From: Dendrobates tinctorius | Lineage: Eukaryota | Length of the DNA stretch: 64,000 bases | NCBI RefSeq assembly: GCF_039654945.1 | Contig: NW_027361792.1 | Span: 1,550,001 to 1,614,000 of the forward strand | Direction: 5' to 3' | Shown here: in pieces, positions 48,081-60,815 of the stretch | How positions within the stretch are numbered: position 1 is the stretch's first letter | Layout: each line of letters opens with the position of its first letter | Program-made: the position numbers and the translations under genes | Notes under the pieces: model-generated | Seen by the model: the letters and a program-made list of their open reading frames with translations, nothing else | What the model was told of the DNA's origin: nothing | The model's database searches: none

Positions 48081-48941
48081 TACGCCACCCTCATCTCTTG
48101 CTCTCGTGAGGTGAACCGTAATGAGAATGGAGCTGATGATCTCTGGGGTCTGATGTGGAAGAGGCTGTTGGACCACGTGCCCACCGCATTTTTGGCGCTT
48201 TAAAAAAGGTCTGAGTTTTGTAATGGAAACGGCTTCAGGAATCGCTGCTTTTTTGGAGAGTTTTGGAAGAGGTTTATAACTTTCTGAAAAATTTTTACAG
48301 CCTTCTGATTGGACAGCAGCATTTGTAGCATTTTTCATCAGGAGCTGCTTCAAAGAACTGAGCGACACTTCCTTTTATTTCACAGAGTTTTTCAAAACCA
48401 GGAATATCTTCAAAAACCTCCCTGTGCGCCGAGCCGTAAATGGGTAAAAGAAGCGACTAATTTCTTGTTTTTGTGCTGGGTCTAATTTTTCCACTATACC
48501 AGGCACAACCTGCAGATTGGAGTGGCGCTGTTTATTTGGTAAAAATGAGGACCAGCTGGGTCCGGTTCTTGCCCTGCAGATCGGATGTCAGGACCCCTCC
48601 CCGGCTCGGTCCCCTGTGCCCCCAGGCTGCGGCCGGATCATGTGCAGCAGCTCTCAGACTTTCTGTCTTATCTTGCTCTTCAGAGCAGGACATATCTGGC
48701 ATAGTTTGCATGGCGCCTCATGTTTGCTCCGGCCGCAGAGCCCAGGATTCCTCCAGCTCTTCTCATGAGGATCCTGATGTTAGAAAAACAAAGTCTCGCT
48801 CCTCCCTCCCTGTTTTCTAGTTGATGATTATCTCTGCACGGAACATTTACCACCGTGTCTGAAGGAGAAATCTCCACTATGTCTGATGGAACAACAATTT
48901 CGAAGTCTCGTCTCTACATACATTTATGTCACTCGGATAAA

Positions 48942-50230
48942 CCGTGAGGTCCAGAAATATTTGGACAGTGACACAAGTTTTGGCAATTTATCTGTTTACC
49001 AAAACATATTCCAGATCCAGTCCTATAATCAATATGGGCTGAAAGTGCCGACTCTCAACTGTAATCTGAGGGAATTCATGTCCTAATTGGAGGAAGGGTT
49101 TAGAAATTACAGCTCTTTAATATGTAGCTTCCTCTTTTTTAAGGGACCAAATGTTATTGGTCAATTATCTCAGAAGCTCTTTAGTGGGCTGCATAGGCAA
49201 TTCTCCATTAATCCATTATCTATTAAGCAGGTAAAAAGGTCTAGAGCTGATTCCAGACTTGGCATTTGGAAGCTGTTGCTGTGAACCCACAACAGGCGGT
49301 GATAGGCGCTCTCAATGGAAGAGAAACATACCATCATTAGGCTGAAAAAAAAAAAAAAAAAAGAAGAAATCCATCAGAGACAGAGCAGAAATGTGAGGAG
49401 CGGCCAAATCTGCAGTTTGTACATTTTACAGCTCAGGAACTCGCGAAGGCCTTAATGTCCCCGGAAGACAACACTGGTGGATGGTCACAGAATTCTTCTT
49501 GTGGTGAAGAAAAAACCCTTCACAACATCCACCCGAGTGAAGAACACTCTCTGGGGAATTGGTGTCTCAGTATCTAACCTCACCATAAAGAGAAGACTTT
49601 ATGAAAGCACATACCGAGTGGTCACCACAAGGTGTAAAACATTAATCAGCCTGAAAATAGGCCAGATTAGACTTTGCCAAAAAATCTAAAGAAGCCATCC
49701 AGTTCTGGAAAAGAAAACAGAGCTCAACTTCTACCAGAATTATGGGAAGATGAAAGTCTGGAGGAGGCTTGGAGCAGCTCCTGATCCTCAGCACATCCTG
49801 TGTAACACGTGGTGGAGGAGGTGTGATGGCGCGGGCATGCATGGCTGCCAATGGCACCGGGTCACTAGTGGTATTGATGATGTGACTGAAGACAGAAGCA
49901 GCCGGATGAATCCTGTGTGAACAGGGAGAGACTTTCTGCTCAGATTCAGCCACATGCAGCAAGGCTGATTAGACGACGCTTCACAGGATAAGAAGGATAA
50001 TGACCCAAAGCATCCTGCAAAGAAGTGGAATATTCTGTAATGGCCGAGTCCTCACCAGATCTCAGCCCACCAAGCCACATTTCACAGGATGAAGCCAAAA
50101 CTGAAGGCAGAAAGAGCCACAAACCAGCGAGAACTGAAGTCAACTGCATAAAGGCGGCAAGCCTCATGAAGGAGGGAATCGGGGATAGTGTGACGGCCAT
50201 GACCTTCAAACTCCAACCGTCATTGCTGCA
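48942..50230 (+). mobile_element. Decayed Tc1 transposon, left end and transposase remnant; right TIR not found
   Basis: Terminus-like gtgaggtccagaaatatttggacag; KKPFTT, TIKRRL, GGGVMA, DNDPKH and WP..SPDLSP traces. Confidence 0.85.
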
Positions 50231-50950
50231 AATCCTCACACAGGAGGAAACCAGCGATGGTGACGGCCATGGCCTCCAGACTTCAGGCAGTCATTGCTGC
50301 AAAGCCTCACACAGGAGAAGACCAGCGACGGTGACATGTATGGCCTCCAGACTTCAGGCCGTCATTGCTGCAAAGCCTCACACAGGAGGAAACCAGCGAT
50401 GGTGACGGCCATGGCCTCCAGACTTCAGGCTGTCATTGCTGCAAAGCCTCACACAGGAGGAGACCAGCGATGGTGATGGCCATGGCCTCCAGACTTCAGG
50501 CCGTCATTGCTGCAAAGCCTCACACAGGAGGAAACCAGCGATGGTGACGGCCATGGCCTCCAGACTTCAGGCTGTCATTGCTGCAAAGCCTCACACAGGA
50601 GGAGACCAGCGATGGTGACGGCCATGGCCTCCAGACTTCAGGCCGTCATTGCTGCAAAGCATCACGCAGGAGGAGACCAGCGATGGTGACGGCCATGGCC
50701 TCCAGACTTCAGGCCGTCATTGCTGCAAAGCCTCACACAGGAGGAGACCAGCGACGGTGACATCCATGGCCTCCAGACTTCAGGCCGTCATTGCTGCAAA
50801 GCCTCACACAGGAGGAAACCAGCGATGGTGGCGTCCATGGCCTCCAGACTTCAGGCTGTCATTGCTGCAAAGCCTCACACAGGAGGAAACCAGCGATGGT
50901 GGCGTCCATAGCCTCCAGACTTCAGGCCCCATTATACAAAGCCTCATACA
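50223..50950 (+). repeat. 71-bp minisatellite (about 10 copies) derived from the transposase 3' end
   Basis: ORFs recur every 71 nt; unit reads QSLTQEET / MVTAMASRLQAVIAAK. Confidence 0.92.
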
Positions 50951-51046
50951 GGATGTTTAATTTTACATCCAAAATAGCAGCCTGCAGTACTGAAATCACA
51001 GATTCATCACCAGCCTAAGATTTCTGCACCTGACTACTACACCACA

Positions 51047-52472
51047 TGGGACAGATCTGCCTATATAGCACGCAGTAGAGGGGACAGCTCCCCCTATATA
51101 GCGCACAGTAGAAGAGACAGATCCTCCTATATAGCGTGCAGTGGAGTGGACAGATCCCCCTATATAGCGTGCGGTGGAGGAGACAGATCCCCCTATATAG
51201 CGCGCAGTAGAGCGGACAGATCCCCCTATATAGCGCGCAGTGGAGCGGACAGATCCCCCTATATAGCGCACAGTAGAGGAGCCAGATCCCCCTATATAGC
51301 GCGCAGTGGAGCGTACAGATCCCCCTATATAGCGCACGGTAGAGGAGACAGATCCCCCTATATAGCGTGCGGTGGAGGGGACAGATCCCCCTATATAGCG
51401 TGCGGTGGAGGGGACAGATCCCCCTATATAGCGTGCGGTGGAGGGGACAGATCCCCCTATATAGCGTGCGGTGGAGGGGACAGATCCCCCTATATAGCGT
51501 GCGGTGGAGGGGACAGATCCCCCTATATAGCGTGCGGTGGAGGGGACAGATCCCCCTATATAGCGTGCGGTGGAGGGGACAGATCCCCCTATATAGCGTG
51601 CGGTGGAGGGGACAGATCCCCCTATATAGCGCGCGGTGGAGGGGACAGATCCCCCTATATAGCGCGCGGTGGAGGGGACAGATCCCCCTATATAGCGCGC
51701 GGTGGAGGGGACAGATCCCCCTATATAGCGCGCGGTGGAGGGGACAGATCCCCCTATATAGCGCGCGGTGGAGGGGACAGATCCCCCTATATAGCGCGCG
51801 GTGGAGGGGACAGATCCCCCTATATAGCGCGCGGTGGAGGGGACAGATCCCCCTATATAGCGCGCGGTGGAGGGGACAGATCCCCCTATATAGCGCGCGG
51901 TGGAGGGGACAGATCCCCCTATATAGCGCGCGGTGGAGGGGACAGATCCCCCTATATAGCGCGCGGTGGAGGGGACAGATCCCCCTATATAATGTGCGGT
52001 GGAGGGGACAGATCCCCCTATATAGCGCGCGGTGGAGGGGACAGATCCCCCTATATAGCGCGCGGTGGAGGGGACAGATCCCCCTATATAGCGCGCGGTG
52101 GAGGGGACAGATCCCCCTATATAATGTACGGTGGAGGGGACAGATCCCCCTATATAATGTGCGGTGGAGGGGACAGATCCCCCTATATAATGTGCGGTGG
52201 AGGGGACAGATCCCCCTATATAGCGTGCGGTGTAGGGGACAGATCCCCCTATATAGCGCGCGGTGGAGCGGACAGATCCCCCTATATAGCGCGCGGTGGA
52301 GCGGACAGATCCCCCTATATAGCGCGCGGTGGAGCGGACAGATCCCCCTATATAGCGCGCGGTGGAGGGGACAGATCCCCCTATATAGCGAGCGGTGAAG
52401 GGGACAGATCCCCCCCTATATAGCGTGCGGTGGAGGGGACAGATCCCCCTATATAGCGTGCAGTGGAGCGGA
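51047..52472. repeat. 33-bp minisatellite
   Basis: Unit GGACAGATCCCCCTATATAGCGCGCGGTGGAGG. Confidence 0.97.
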
Positions 52473-53093
52473 CCATCCGCAGAGCCGCTGTACTGAGCAC
52501 TGTAGCCCCCCTGTCCTGTTATACCGGTGGGGTATCAGGAGCCGCTCTTGCGTCATTGTCGCGTGTGGTTATTATTAGCGGCCGGTTTATTCTCCGGGGA
52601 CGGCTGATGACTCTTTCCCACGGCCTCGCTGCGCTGTCAGCGTTTGGAAGGACTCTGGTTTCTGAAGGAGCAGGGCTGTAGCTCGATCCTGTGACCCTTC
52701 CCTCCATGCAGCGTCTTGTGCGTTTGCGTCCCGTCTATCACCGCTGCTCCGCGTCATTGTGTCTTTCGAATCGCTGAGACTTTACTGTATTTCCAAACCT
52801 CGAAAGTGACCCCAGAAAGCGGCAGAAGGGAGCCGTCTGTGGCCCCGCGGGTGGCAGAGCGTGGTCAGGGCAACTTTCCAGGTAGTCCTCTATAGATGGA
52901 AGGTTGCCCTTATTAAAGCCCCCAGCATCTGCGGACATTACTGTGTGCACGTATCTGACCCGCCTGAATGTGCGCACATCTCTCCGCTGACGACTGAGAG
53001 TTAAGGAAACAGTTGAACGACGCGGTTCCTCCTCTATAATCGCCATTTTTGTTACTTTTTTCATTATTCACATTTTTCCTTTTTCCTTCACAG

Positions 53094-53181
53094 GCGATGA
53101 TAAATTTGGACGTAAGATTGTTGTGTTCAGCGCCTGCCGCATGCCCCCCTGTCACGAGCTCGATCACGTCAAACTCCTGCA
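53094..53181 (+). CDS. ARHGAP1: ARHGAP1 coding exon 3
   Basis: [29 protein letters not shown]; GT-AG. Confidence 0.95.
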
Positions 53182-53915
53182 GTAAGTAGTGTCTGTCGTA
53201 CACCCGGCGTGTTGTGTGGTCTCAATCCCCCGCACCGGCATCATTAATCTGCCCCCTTGTTATAGGCCAGGAGTGCAGGAAGGCTGAGGGCGCAGCAGCC
53301 GAGCCGCTCGTCCGATGCTTTCCTCCTCTCCATATTTGGTGCTCGCCCGTCTGCATTCCTTCTAGTTTTATTGCTTTTTCCAGCCGTGTTTTACCCCCTT
53401 CTGTGTTTTGGCTCCAGACGAATCCAAATTCTAACTTTTATAGGAAGGTTCATCACCGCGCGCTTCAACAAAATCAGTCATGTCACGTAGCAGATAGGAG
53501 CGAGCGGCTGCACTGGGGCAAATCTCCCGTGTGCAGATCACTCATATATTAGTGGGACTGATCCGACGGGGAAACAAATGGGAGCTCAGGCGTCAGCCCC
53601 TCCACTGTCAGCTAATGCACAGGCTGACTACTGCCTGTATACACTGAGGCCATGCGTGGCGTACAGTCTTCCTAAAATGGCGCCACTACTGTCTGTGTCC
53701 GGTATTGCAGCTCCTCTTTTTTTTCTTTTTTTTTTTTCCCCTCATCGGTGGAGCTGAGCTGCGGATGCACATCATGGACAGGTGGTAAGGTGCAGCCATG
53801 TTTTTCTAACCCAATGCAGGACCCCATCGCTCTCACAGATTATGACGATTTTTCTGATATAGAAAATATTAATCCGTCTTCTGTAACTTTTCTTTCCCCC
53901 CGGTTTTTCCTGCAG

Positions 53916-54047
53916 GTATCTGAAGCACACGCTGGACCAGTACGTGGAGAGCGATTACACGCTGGTTTACCTGCACCGCGGCCTGACCAGCGATAACAAA
54001 CCGTCTCTGGGATGGCTGAGAGACGCCTATCGAGAGTTCGATCGCAA
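53916..54047 (+). CDS. ARHGAP1: ARHGAP1 coding exon 4
   Basis: [43 protein letters not shown]. Confidence 0.95.
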
Positions 54048-55595
54048 GTGAGTGCGTCATGTCGCCAACCGAGGAAACACCCGCGCACTGCTAGGTCCCC
54101 GATGGGAGGATTTCCTGGCTTATCCCTCGCCATTTTATAGTCATAGTGACTCATGGAGTAAAGGCGCGTGCACCGCGAGGTAAAGGGTAGGCTGCAAAGA
54201 GAAAAGCTTCAACCAAGGAAAGGCGGCTGTGTGTCCTCCTCAGCTTGTGCTGCAGGCGGCATCACTAGAGACGTATCTGTAATCTCTAGTACTGGTGAAT
54301 GGTGACTGAGCCGCACGTTTATCATAGACGGGATCTGCACCTTATTGTCAGGGTACAAACTCTGACATTAAGGCTGTTTTCCACTGGATAAATGTATGAT
54401 TGGTGGACACCCCCCGATCCTGCGTGGCTGCAGTGCCGTCTTCTCTGTGGGTTTATAGGAGCAGCAATGGGCACGTGTGACCACGGCTGACCCAGACAAT
54501 GACTGGAGAGATGGGAAAGTAATTCTGCAGCGCCCACGTCCGTACTCTGACAGCCTTGTGACCCTTCTCCTACGGACTGGTGTCTCAGACCCAGTGTGAT
54601 GCATCGAGCCTACAAATCAGAAATGCCAGGTAGGAGAAGGATTGCAGGGTTTCGATCTGGCAGCCACAGGTTACTGACATGGCTGCAGCACCTGGGTCCT
54701 GGGAATCAGGTCGCTCATCTCTTGTGGTCCTGCTCGCTCTCTCACCCTCCCTGAGTCTTATCTCACGGGGCTGCCTCCATGCTAATCTATCAGCAGAGTG
54801 TTGTCTATGGATATCCTGCACGTGCCCCCCCGAGCAGCGCTGGGCTGGGGGGATGCAGCTGTGCTCGCTCTGGATAGCAGAGATCGCTGCCTGTAGCTTC
54901 TGCCTTTTGATCTTTTCCGTGTCCATGGAGAAAGCTCAGCAGGGAACATGACCGCGGCTCTGCGCAATTTGTATATATCCCGCTGACGTCTGCAGGAGGG
55001 GAATATTCCAGAGCTCGCGTTGTTTATCGCTGCCCCCCCTCCCCCCGATGCTCCTTTTCTCACTTTTTTTTTTAAATACACATAATAATCTACGTGTGTG
55101 TGATACAATTCAGCGTCTCAAAAGACCCCACAGTCTGGACGTGACCTCGATGCCTTGCAGGTTGCAGGCGACGTCATGGCTCTGTAATTGGCATTGCCCA
55201 TTTGCTTTTTGGTGATCCGGGTTCTGATCAGACCAGGAAATATCTGCAAGATCACATCGTCATTGGCTTTATCCGACATCCCAGGTGCCTTGTGATGGGT
55301 CTGTCCCTGCGGACGGCAATCAGTAAGGAGTGCCTGATCTAGAAGTCACCAGGGCCTGGAGCCGGGGATGGTGCTGGTCGTGTGGCGGGAGCAGGGAGGC
55401 TATAGCTGCCATTGTGTTGAGGACATGGATACGGGTGGAAGCGGCAGATTTAGCTGCGTTGACGCCTCCCCGTTGTATATGGCAGAGAACTTACTGGACT
55501 GGCGATACTCTTGTGATGTCACATACATATATTAGAGGCTGCACTATTATAGGTGGTGATTTAACCCCTACGTGACTGCCTTCTCCTTCTATCAG

Positions 55596-55682
55596 GTACA
55601 AGAAGAACATCAAGGCTTTGTACATCGTGCACCCCACCATGTTCATCAAGACCTTACTGATCCTGTTCAAACCTATAATAAG
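55596..55682 (+). CDS. ARHGAP1: ARHGAP1 coding exon 5
   Basis: YKKNIKALYIVHPTMFIKTLLILFKPII. Confidence 0.95.
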
Positions 55683-55724
55683 GTAACGGGAAGGTGGGCT
55701 GCCGGCTCCACTGATGGGTATTAA

Positions 55725-55904
55725 AGGGTCCGTCCTGCTCCTATCACCTCCATATTGTGAGCAGAGCAAGTGACGTCACGTTTGCCGATGCCTGCGCCAG
55801 TATAGGTGCACAATATCTGCCGCTCCCGCATCCGGTAGATGTAAACATTGTGTCACCTACCCCGCTCACCTCAATATGGAAGTGATAGGAGCAGGAGGAA
55901 CCCT
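55725..55904. mobile_element. TTAA-flanked palindromic MITE (T2/Kolobok type)
   Basis: TTAA|AGGGTCCGTCCTGCTCCTATCAC...GTGATAGGAGCAGGAGGAACCCT|TTAA. Confidence 0.8.
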
Positions 55905-56021
55905 TTAATGGCTCTGTCGTTGGCTCCGATAAACATGGCGGCGATGGGCTGACACAGTTTTGTGTTAAATCAATAATGATGGAGACGATCAGTTAATTAT
56001 TTATTTTATTTTTTTTTTTAG

Positions 56022-56120
56022 CTTCAAGTTTGGCCGGAAGATTTTTTACGCAAATTATCTGAGTGAATTGGAGGAGATTGTGAAGTTGGATCAGTTGGGG
56101 ATCCCGAAACAAGTCCTCAA
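56022..56120 (+). CDS. ARHGAP1: ARHGAP1 coding exon 6
   Basis: [32 protein letters not shown]. Confidence 0.95.
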
Positions 56121-56415
56121 GTAATCATCACTACACGAGGTTTTACAGGGATAAAAACACATGGTTGCCTCCCAGAAGTAGCGCCACCATTGTCGACAGG
56201 TTGTTTTGTAAAGGAGCGTGTATTGCAGCTCAACACTGTCGAAGTGATTGGTGCAGAATTGCAATACCACACGCAACCTGTAAATGGGGTGGCGCTGTGT
56301 TTGAAAGTGAGGGGCTCGTTGTGTAATGTCGGGTCTTCTGTAGTGAGGGGCTCGCTGTGTAGCTCCTCTGGTTGGTAGATAAGGTTCCCAAATAAATGGA
56401 GGACCTCCTTTATTA

Positions 56416-56596
56416 GGCCGGGGTCACGCTTGCGAGTGTGATGTGAGAAACTCGGTCATCAATCCCCGGCACTGCCGCCGGCACTCAGGACCGGAGTGTG
56501 CGGCTGCATAGAATTACATGCAGCTGCACGCTCCGGTCCGAGTGCCGGGTATTGATGCGAGAGACCCGCATCACACTCGCAAGTCTGACCCCAGCC
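56416..56596. mobile_element. Palindromic PIF/Harbinger-type MITE
   Basis: TTA|GGCCGGGGTCACGCTTGCGAGTGTGATG...CATCACACTCGCAAGTCTGACCCCAGCC|TTA. Confidence 0.82.
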
Positions 56597-56685
56597 TTAG
56601 CTTAGACATTTTTTAATGAGGTATTTTTCCGGCCGTCCCTTTAATGAGAGCTCCTGCCTTATGATTCCTGACATCTTCTCCATAG

Positions 56686-56793
56686 ATACGATGAGCTTAT
56701 CCGCTCCACGATAAAGACCACACCATCCAGCCAGAAGACCACCCCACCGCGGCCTCCCCTGCCAAACCAGCAGTTCGGGGTCTCCCTTCAGCA
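56686..56793 (+). CDS. ARHGAP1: ARHGAP1 coding exon 7 (proline-rich SH3-binding segment)
   Basis: YDELIRST...[16 protein letters not shown]. Confidence 0.95.
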
Positions 56794-56869
56794 GTGAGTA
56801 TTTTGGGGTTCACTTTTATTCGCTTTTCCTCTTTGTTTTGTTCCTTCTATCCCTTTGTGTTTTCTCCAG

Positions 56870-56949
56870 ACTCAAAGACAAACGCTCCGAAAGCGACCAG
56901 AAGATTCCCCAAGTCGTGCAAGAGACCGTGGCCTATCTGAGGATGAACG
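56870..56949 (+). CDS. ARHGAP1: ARHGAP1 coding exon 8
   Basis: LKDKRSESDQKIPQVVQETVAYLRMN. Confidence 0.93.
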
Positions 56950-56984
56950 GTCAGTGGCGGGAATAATGTCCTGATACGCAATAC

Positions 56985-58947
56985 AGGGATAATACACACA
57001 GTGACGTCATAGTGCAGGGATAATGCGCCTGGCGATGCCACAGTGCAGGGATAATGCGCACGGCGATGCCACAGTGCAGGGATAATGTGCACGGCGATGC
57101 CACAGTGCAGGGATAATGCGCTCGGATATGCCACAGTGCAGGGATAATGCGCTCGGATATGCCACAGTGCAGGGATAATACGCACGGCGATGCCACAGTG
57201 CAGGGATAATGCGCTCGGATATGCCACAGTGCAGGGATAATGCGCACGGCGATTCCACAGTGCAGGGATAATGCGCTCGGATATGCCACAGTGCAGGGAT
57301 AATGCGCACGGCGATGCCACAGTGCAGGGATAATGCGCTCGGATATGCCACAGTGCAGGGATAATGCGCTCGGATATGCCACAGTGCAGGGATAATACGC
57401 CTGGCCATGCCACAGTGCAGGGATAATGCGCACGGCGATGCCACAGTGCAGGGATAATGTGCACGGCGATGCCACAGTGCAGGGATAATGCGCTCTGATA
57501 TGCCACAGTGCAGGGATAATGCGCACGGCGATTCCACAGTGCAGGGATAATGCGCTCGGATATGCCACAGTGCAGGGATAATGCGCACGGCGATTCCACA
57601 GTGCAGGGATAATGCGCTCGGATATGCCACAGTGCAGGGATAATGCGCACGGCGATGCCACAGTGCAGGGATAATGCGCTCGGATATGCCACAGTGCAGG
57701 GATAATGCGCTCGGATATGCCACAGTGCAGGGATAATGCGCTCGGATATGCCACAGTGCAGGGATAATGCGCTCGGATATGCCACAGTGCAGGGATAATA
57801 CGCCTGGCCATGCCACAGTGCAGGGATAATGCGCGCGGCGATTCCACAGTGCAGGGATAATGCGCTCGGATATGCCACAGTGCAGGGATAATGCGCACGG
57901 CGATGCCACAGTGCAGGGATAATGCGCTCGGATATGCCACAGTGCAGGGATAATGCGCTCGGATATGCCACAGTGCAGGGATAATACGCCTGGCCATGCC
58001 ACAGTGCAGGGATAATGCGCACGGCGATGCCACAGTGCAGGGATAATGTGCACGGCGATGCCACAGTGCAGGGATAATGCGCTCTGATATGCCACAGTGC
58101 AGGGATAATGCGCTCGGATATGCCACAGTGCAGGGATAATGCGCACGGCGATTCCACAGTGCAGGGATAATGCGCTCGGATATGCCACAGTGCAGGGATA
58201 ATGCGCACGGCGATTCCACAGTGCAGGGATAATGCGCTCGGATATGCCACAGTGCAGGGATAATGCGCACGGCGATGCCACAGTGCAGGGATAATGCGCT
58301 CGGATATGCCACAGTGCAGGGATAATGCGCTCGGATATGCCACAGTGCAGGGATAATGCGCTCGGATATGCCACAGTGCAGGGATAATGCGCTCGGATAT
58401 GCCACAGTGCAGGGATAATACGCCTGGCCATGCCACAGTGCAGGGATAATGCGCGCGGCGATTCCACAGTGCAGGGATAATGCGCTCGGATATGCCACAG
58501 TGCAGGGATAATGCGCTCGGATATGCCACAGTGCAGGGATAATGCGCTCGGATATGCCACAGTGCAGGGATAATACGCCTGGCCATGCCACAGTGCAGGG
58601 ATAATGCGCGCGGTGATTCCACAGTGCAGGGATAATGCGCTCGGATATGCCACAGTGCAGGGATAATACGCCTGGCGATGCCACAGTGCAGGGATAATGC
58701 GCGCGGCGATTCCACAGTGCAGGGATAACGCGCCCGGCGATGCCACAGTACAGGGATAACGCGCCCGGCGATGCCACCGTGCAGGGATAATGCGCCCGGC
58801 GATGCCACCGTGCAGGGATAATGCGCCCGGCGATGCCACCGTGCAGGGATAATGCGCCCGGCGATGCCACCGTGCAGGAATAATGCGCCCGGCGATGCCA
58901 CCGTGCAGGGATAATGCGCCCGGCGATGCCACCGTGCAGGGATAATG
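56985..58947. repeat. 31-bp minisatellite directly after ARHGAP1 coding exon 8
   Basis: Unit CAGTGCAGGGATAATGCGCTCGGATATGCCA with a few recurring variants. Confidence 0.97.
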
Positions 58948-59076
58948 TCACAGATCTATTACTGATCGTTCTGCACACATGAGGCCGGGTCTCCCTGTGT
59001 AGACGGGCTAATAAGTGGTCGCTGACAGGTCGTCTAAACTCTGCGCATCGCTCTACAGAGAATAAACCAAGAATTA

Positions 59077-59540
59077 GGCTACTTTCACATTAGCGTTTTT
59101 TTGCGCTGCGCTTCGTGTGCAATAGAATCGCATACAAAAAAACGCATCATGCGTTTTGCATGCGTTTGCTTTTTTTAGGCGCATGTGTTTTAATCAGTTT
59201 CTAGCCATGTTAACTCTTAAAACGCATGTGATTTTAAACGGAGGCATGCGCATGTCCGTGCGCACACCTGCGTTCCCATAGACTGTAATGTGATTTTTTT
59301 TGCACATTCCGTGCAAAAGCATGCATTTTTTTGTGACAGGTCGGATGGACCAAAAATGCAACAGGCTGCGTCCGGCGCGCCTAGGCGCACACTACAAAAA
59401 ACGCATGCACACGAAAACGCATACGAATGCGTGCATACGCAAGACCATGCGCACGCCATGTTAAAGAGGGGGGCGCAGGACGTATGCGCATGGACGCGCA
59501 CAAAGCGCAGCACTAAAAAAACGCTAGTGTGAAACCAGCC
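59077..59540. mobile_element. PIF/Harbinger-type MITE
   Basis: TTA|GGCTACTTTCACATTAGCGTTTTT...AAAAACGCTAGTGTGAAACCAGCC|TTA; interior rich in AAACGCA/TGCGTTT. Confidence 0.82.
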
Positions 59541-59714
59541 TTAAATGGTTACAACAAGACTGTAATGATGGCTGCAGTGGCCGTGGTCTCTCACGGGAGG
59601 TGTCTGACAGCTCGGGCCTCCTCAGTGATGACTTCTTGGCCGTTGTACACACACATGCAGTATGGCCGTGTGGACTCGCGCAGGGTTTTACCTGCGACTT
59701 CTTTGGTCTTGCAG

Positions 59715-59792
59715 CGTTGAGCACGGAGGGGATATTCCGGAGGTCTGCCAGCACGCAGGTGGTACGAGAAGTTCAGCAGAAGTATAATATTG
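59715..59792 (+). CDS. ARHGAP1: ARHGAP1 coding exon 9 (arginine finger)
   Basis: LSTEGIFRRSASTQVVREVQQKYNI. Confidence 0.96.
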
Positions 59793-60254
59793 GTGAGTAT
59801 TGGAGTGATCGGAGAGATCAGCTGTGATCACTGAGGAACCTGGTGGTGAGTGTTCGGTGTCTGTACAGCGCCACCACAGGGGAAATAAGGTATTATTGTG
59901 TAATGTATGGCCGTCGGGTCCTCCTGATCCGCAGACGGTCTGTGTAGCTGCTCCGTCCTCAGGTTAGCAGGTAAGGACCCAAAACATTGCACCCACCCCC
60001 ATATTCACTGATTATTCGTGGACGGTGACAATCTCTCCATGTCTCAGTCACAAATCATTTCTGCATTTTTCCCACTTTTTTGTGTCCGTTCTCCCAAAAC
60101 TCTGTGAAGTCTTGTGCAGTGTGGTGTAGGAAGGCAGGACGCTGGCGTGGGATGCTGGGGGTGGTAGTCTCACAGCCTTAAGTTACAGACCACTGATAAG
60201 TGACAGATTGCTCATTGGTCCGTACTAATGACGGCGTCCGTTCTGTCTGTCCAG

Positions 60255-60383
60255 GATCGCCCGTGGACTTCCAGCAGTACGACGACGTCCACCTGACCGC
60301 GGTCATCCTGAAGACCTTCCTCCGGGAGCTCCCGGACCCCCTGCTGACGTATAGCCTGTACAATTACGTGGTCGGATTCTCCA
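60255..60383 (+). CDS. ARHGAP1: ARHGAP1 coding exon 10
   Basis: DVHLTAVILKTFLRELPDPLLTY. Confidence 0.96.
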
Positions 60384-60815
60384 GTAAGTGAAGATTGTGG
60401 CGCAATCAGATTACAGCCGACAGCGTGAAAAGATGGAGAATGGAGGCAGAGGCCTGAGTGGTTGCGGCAGCGAATCCAGGGAACGATGAGACACTGCGCT
60501 AAATCAACAAAGTAGCACCCTCGCTTTTTCGCCCCTGCACAGCAGCGCTCCAGGCGCACGTTTTGCAAATATAGAATATATAGCTGACAAGCCAACATAT
60601 TAAGCACAGACGCGGGGCCAAAGAATACTGTACAGGGAGAAGCACGCAGTCTAGGCTGGGATCCGAAAGGTCAGACCCCTCTGATCATTGTGAGCTTGGG
60701 TGAGACTGTGACCCTTTAATCCCTGGACGATGTCTGTTACTCACTATTCACGTGATTTGGCGGGCGTTCCCTGCATGGCTCAGTGAGTAGGAGCGCTGCT
60801 GTGCAGGCACAATTA

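Noticed and set aside
47667-48368. 233-aa minus-strand ORF in an ARHGAP1 intron
   Set aside because: No recognisable domain; partly kept open by a GC-rich repeat
56985-58947. CRISPR-like pattern of a constant repeat with variable spacer
   Set aside because: The variable parts are only 13 bp, related to one another and reused; vertebrate intron; no cas genes
56985-58947. AGGGATAA resembling the I-SceI site
   Set aside because: Only about half of the 18-bp site matches; no sign of vector or engineered sequence
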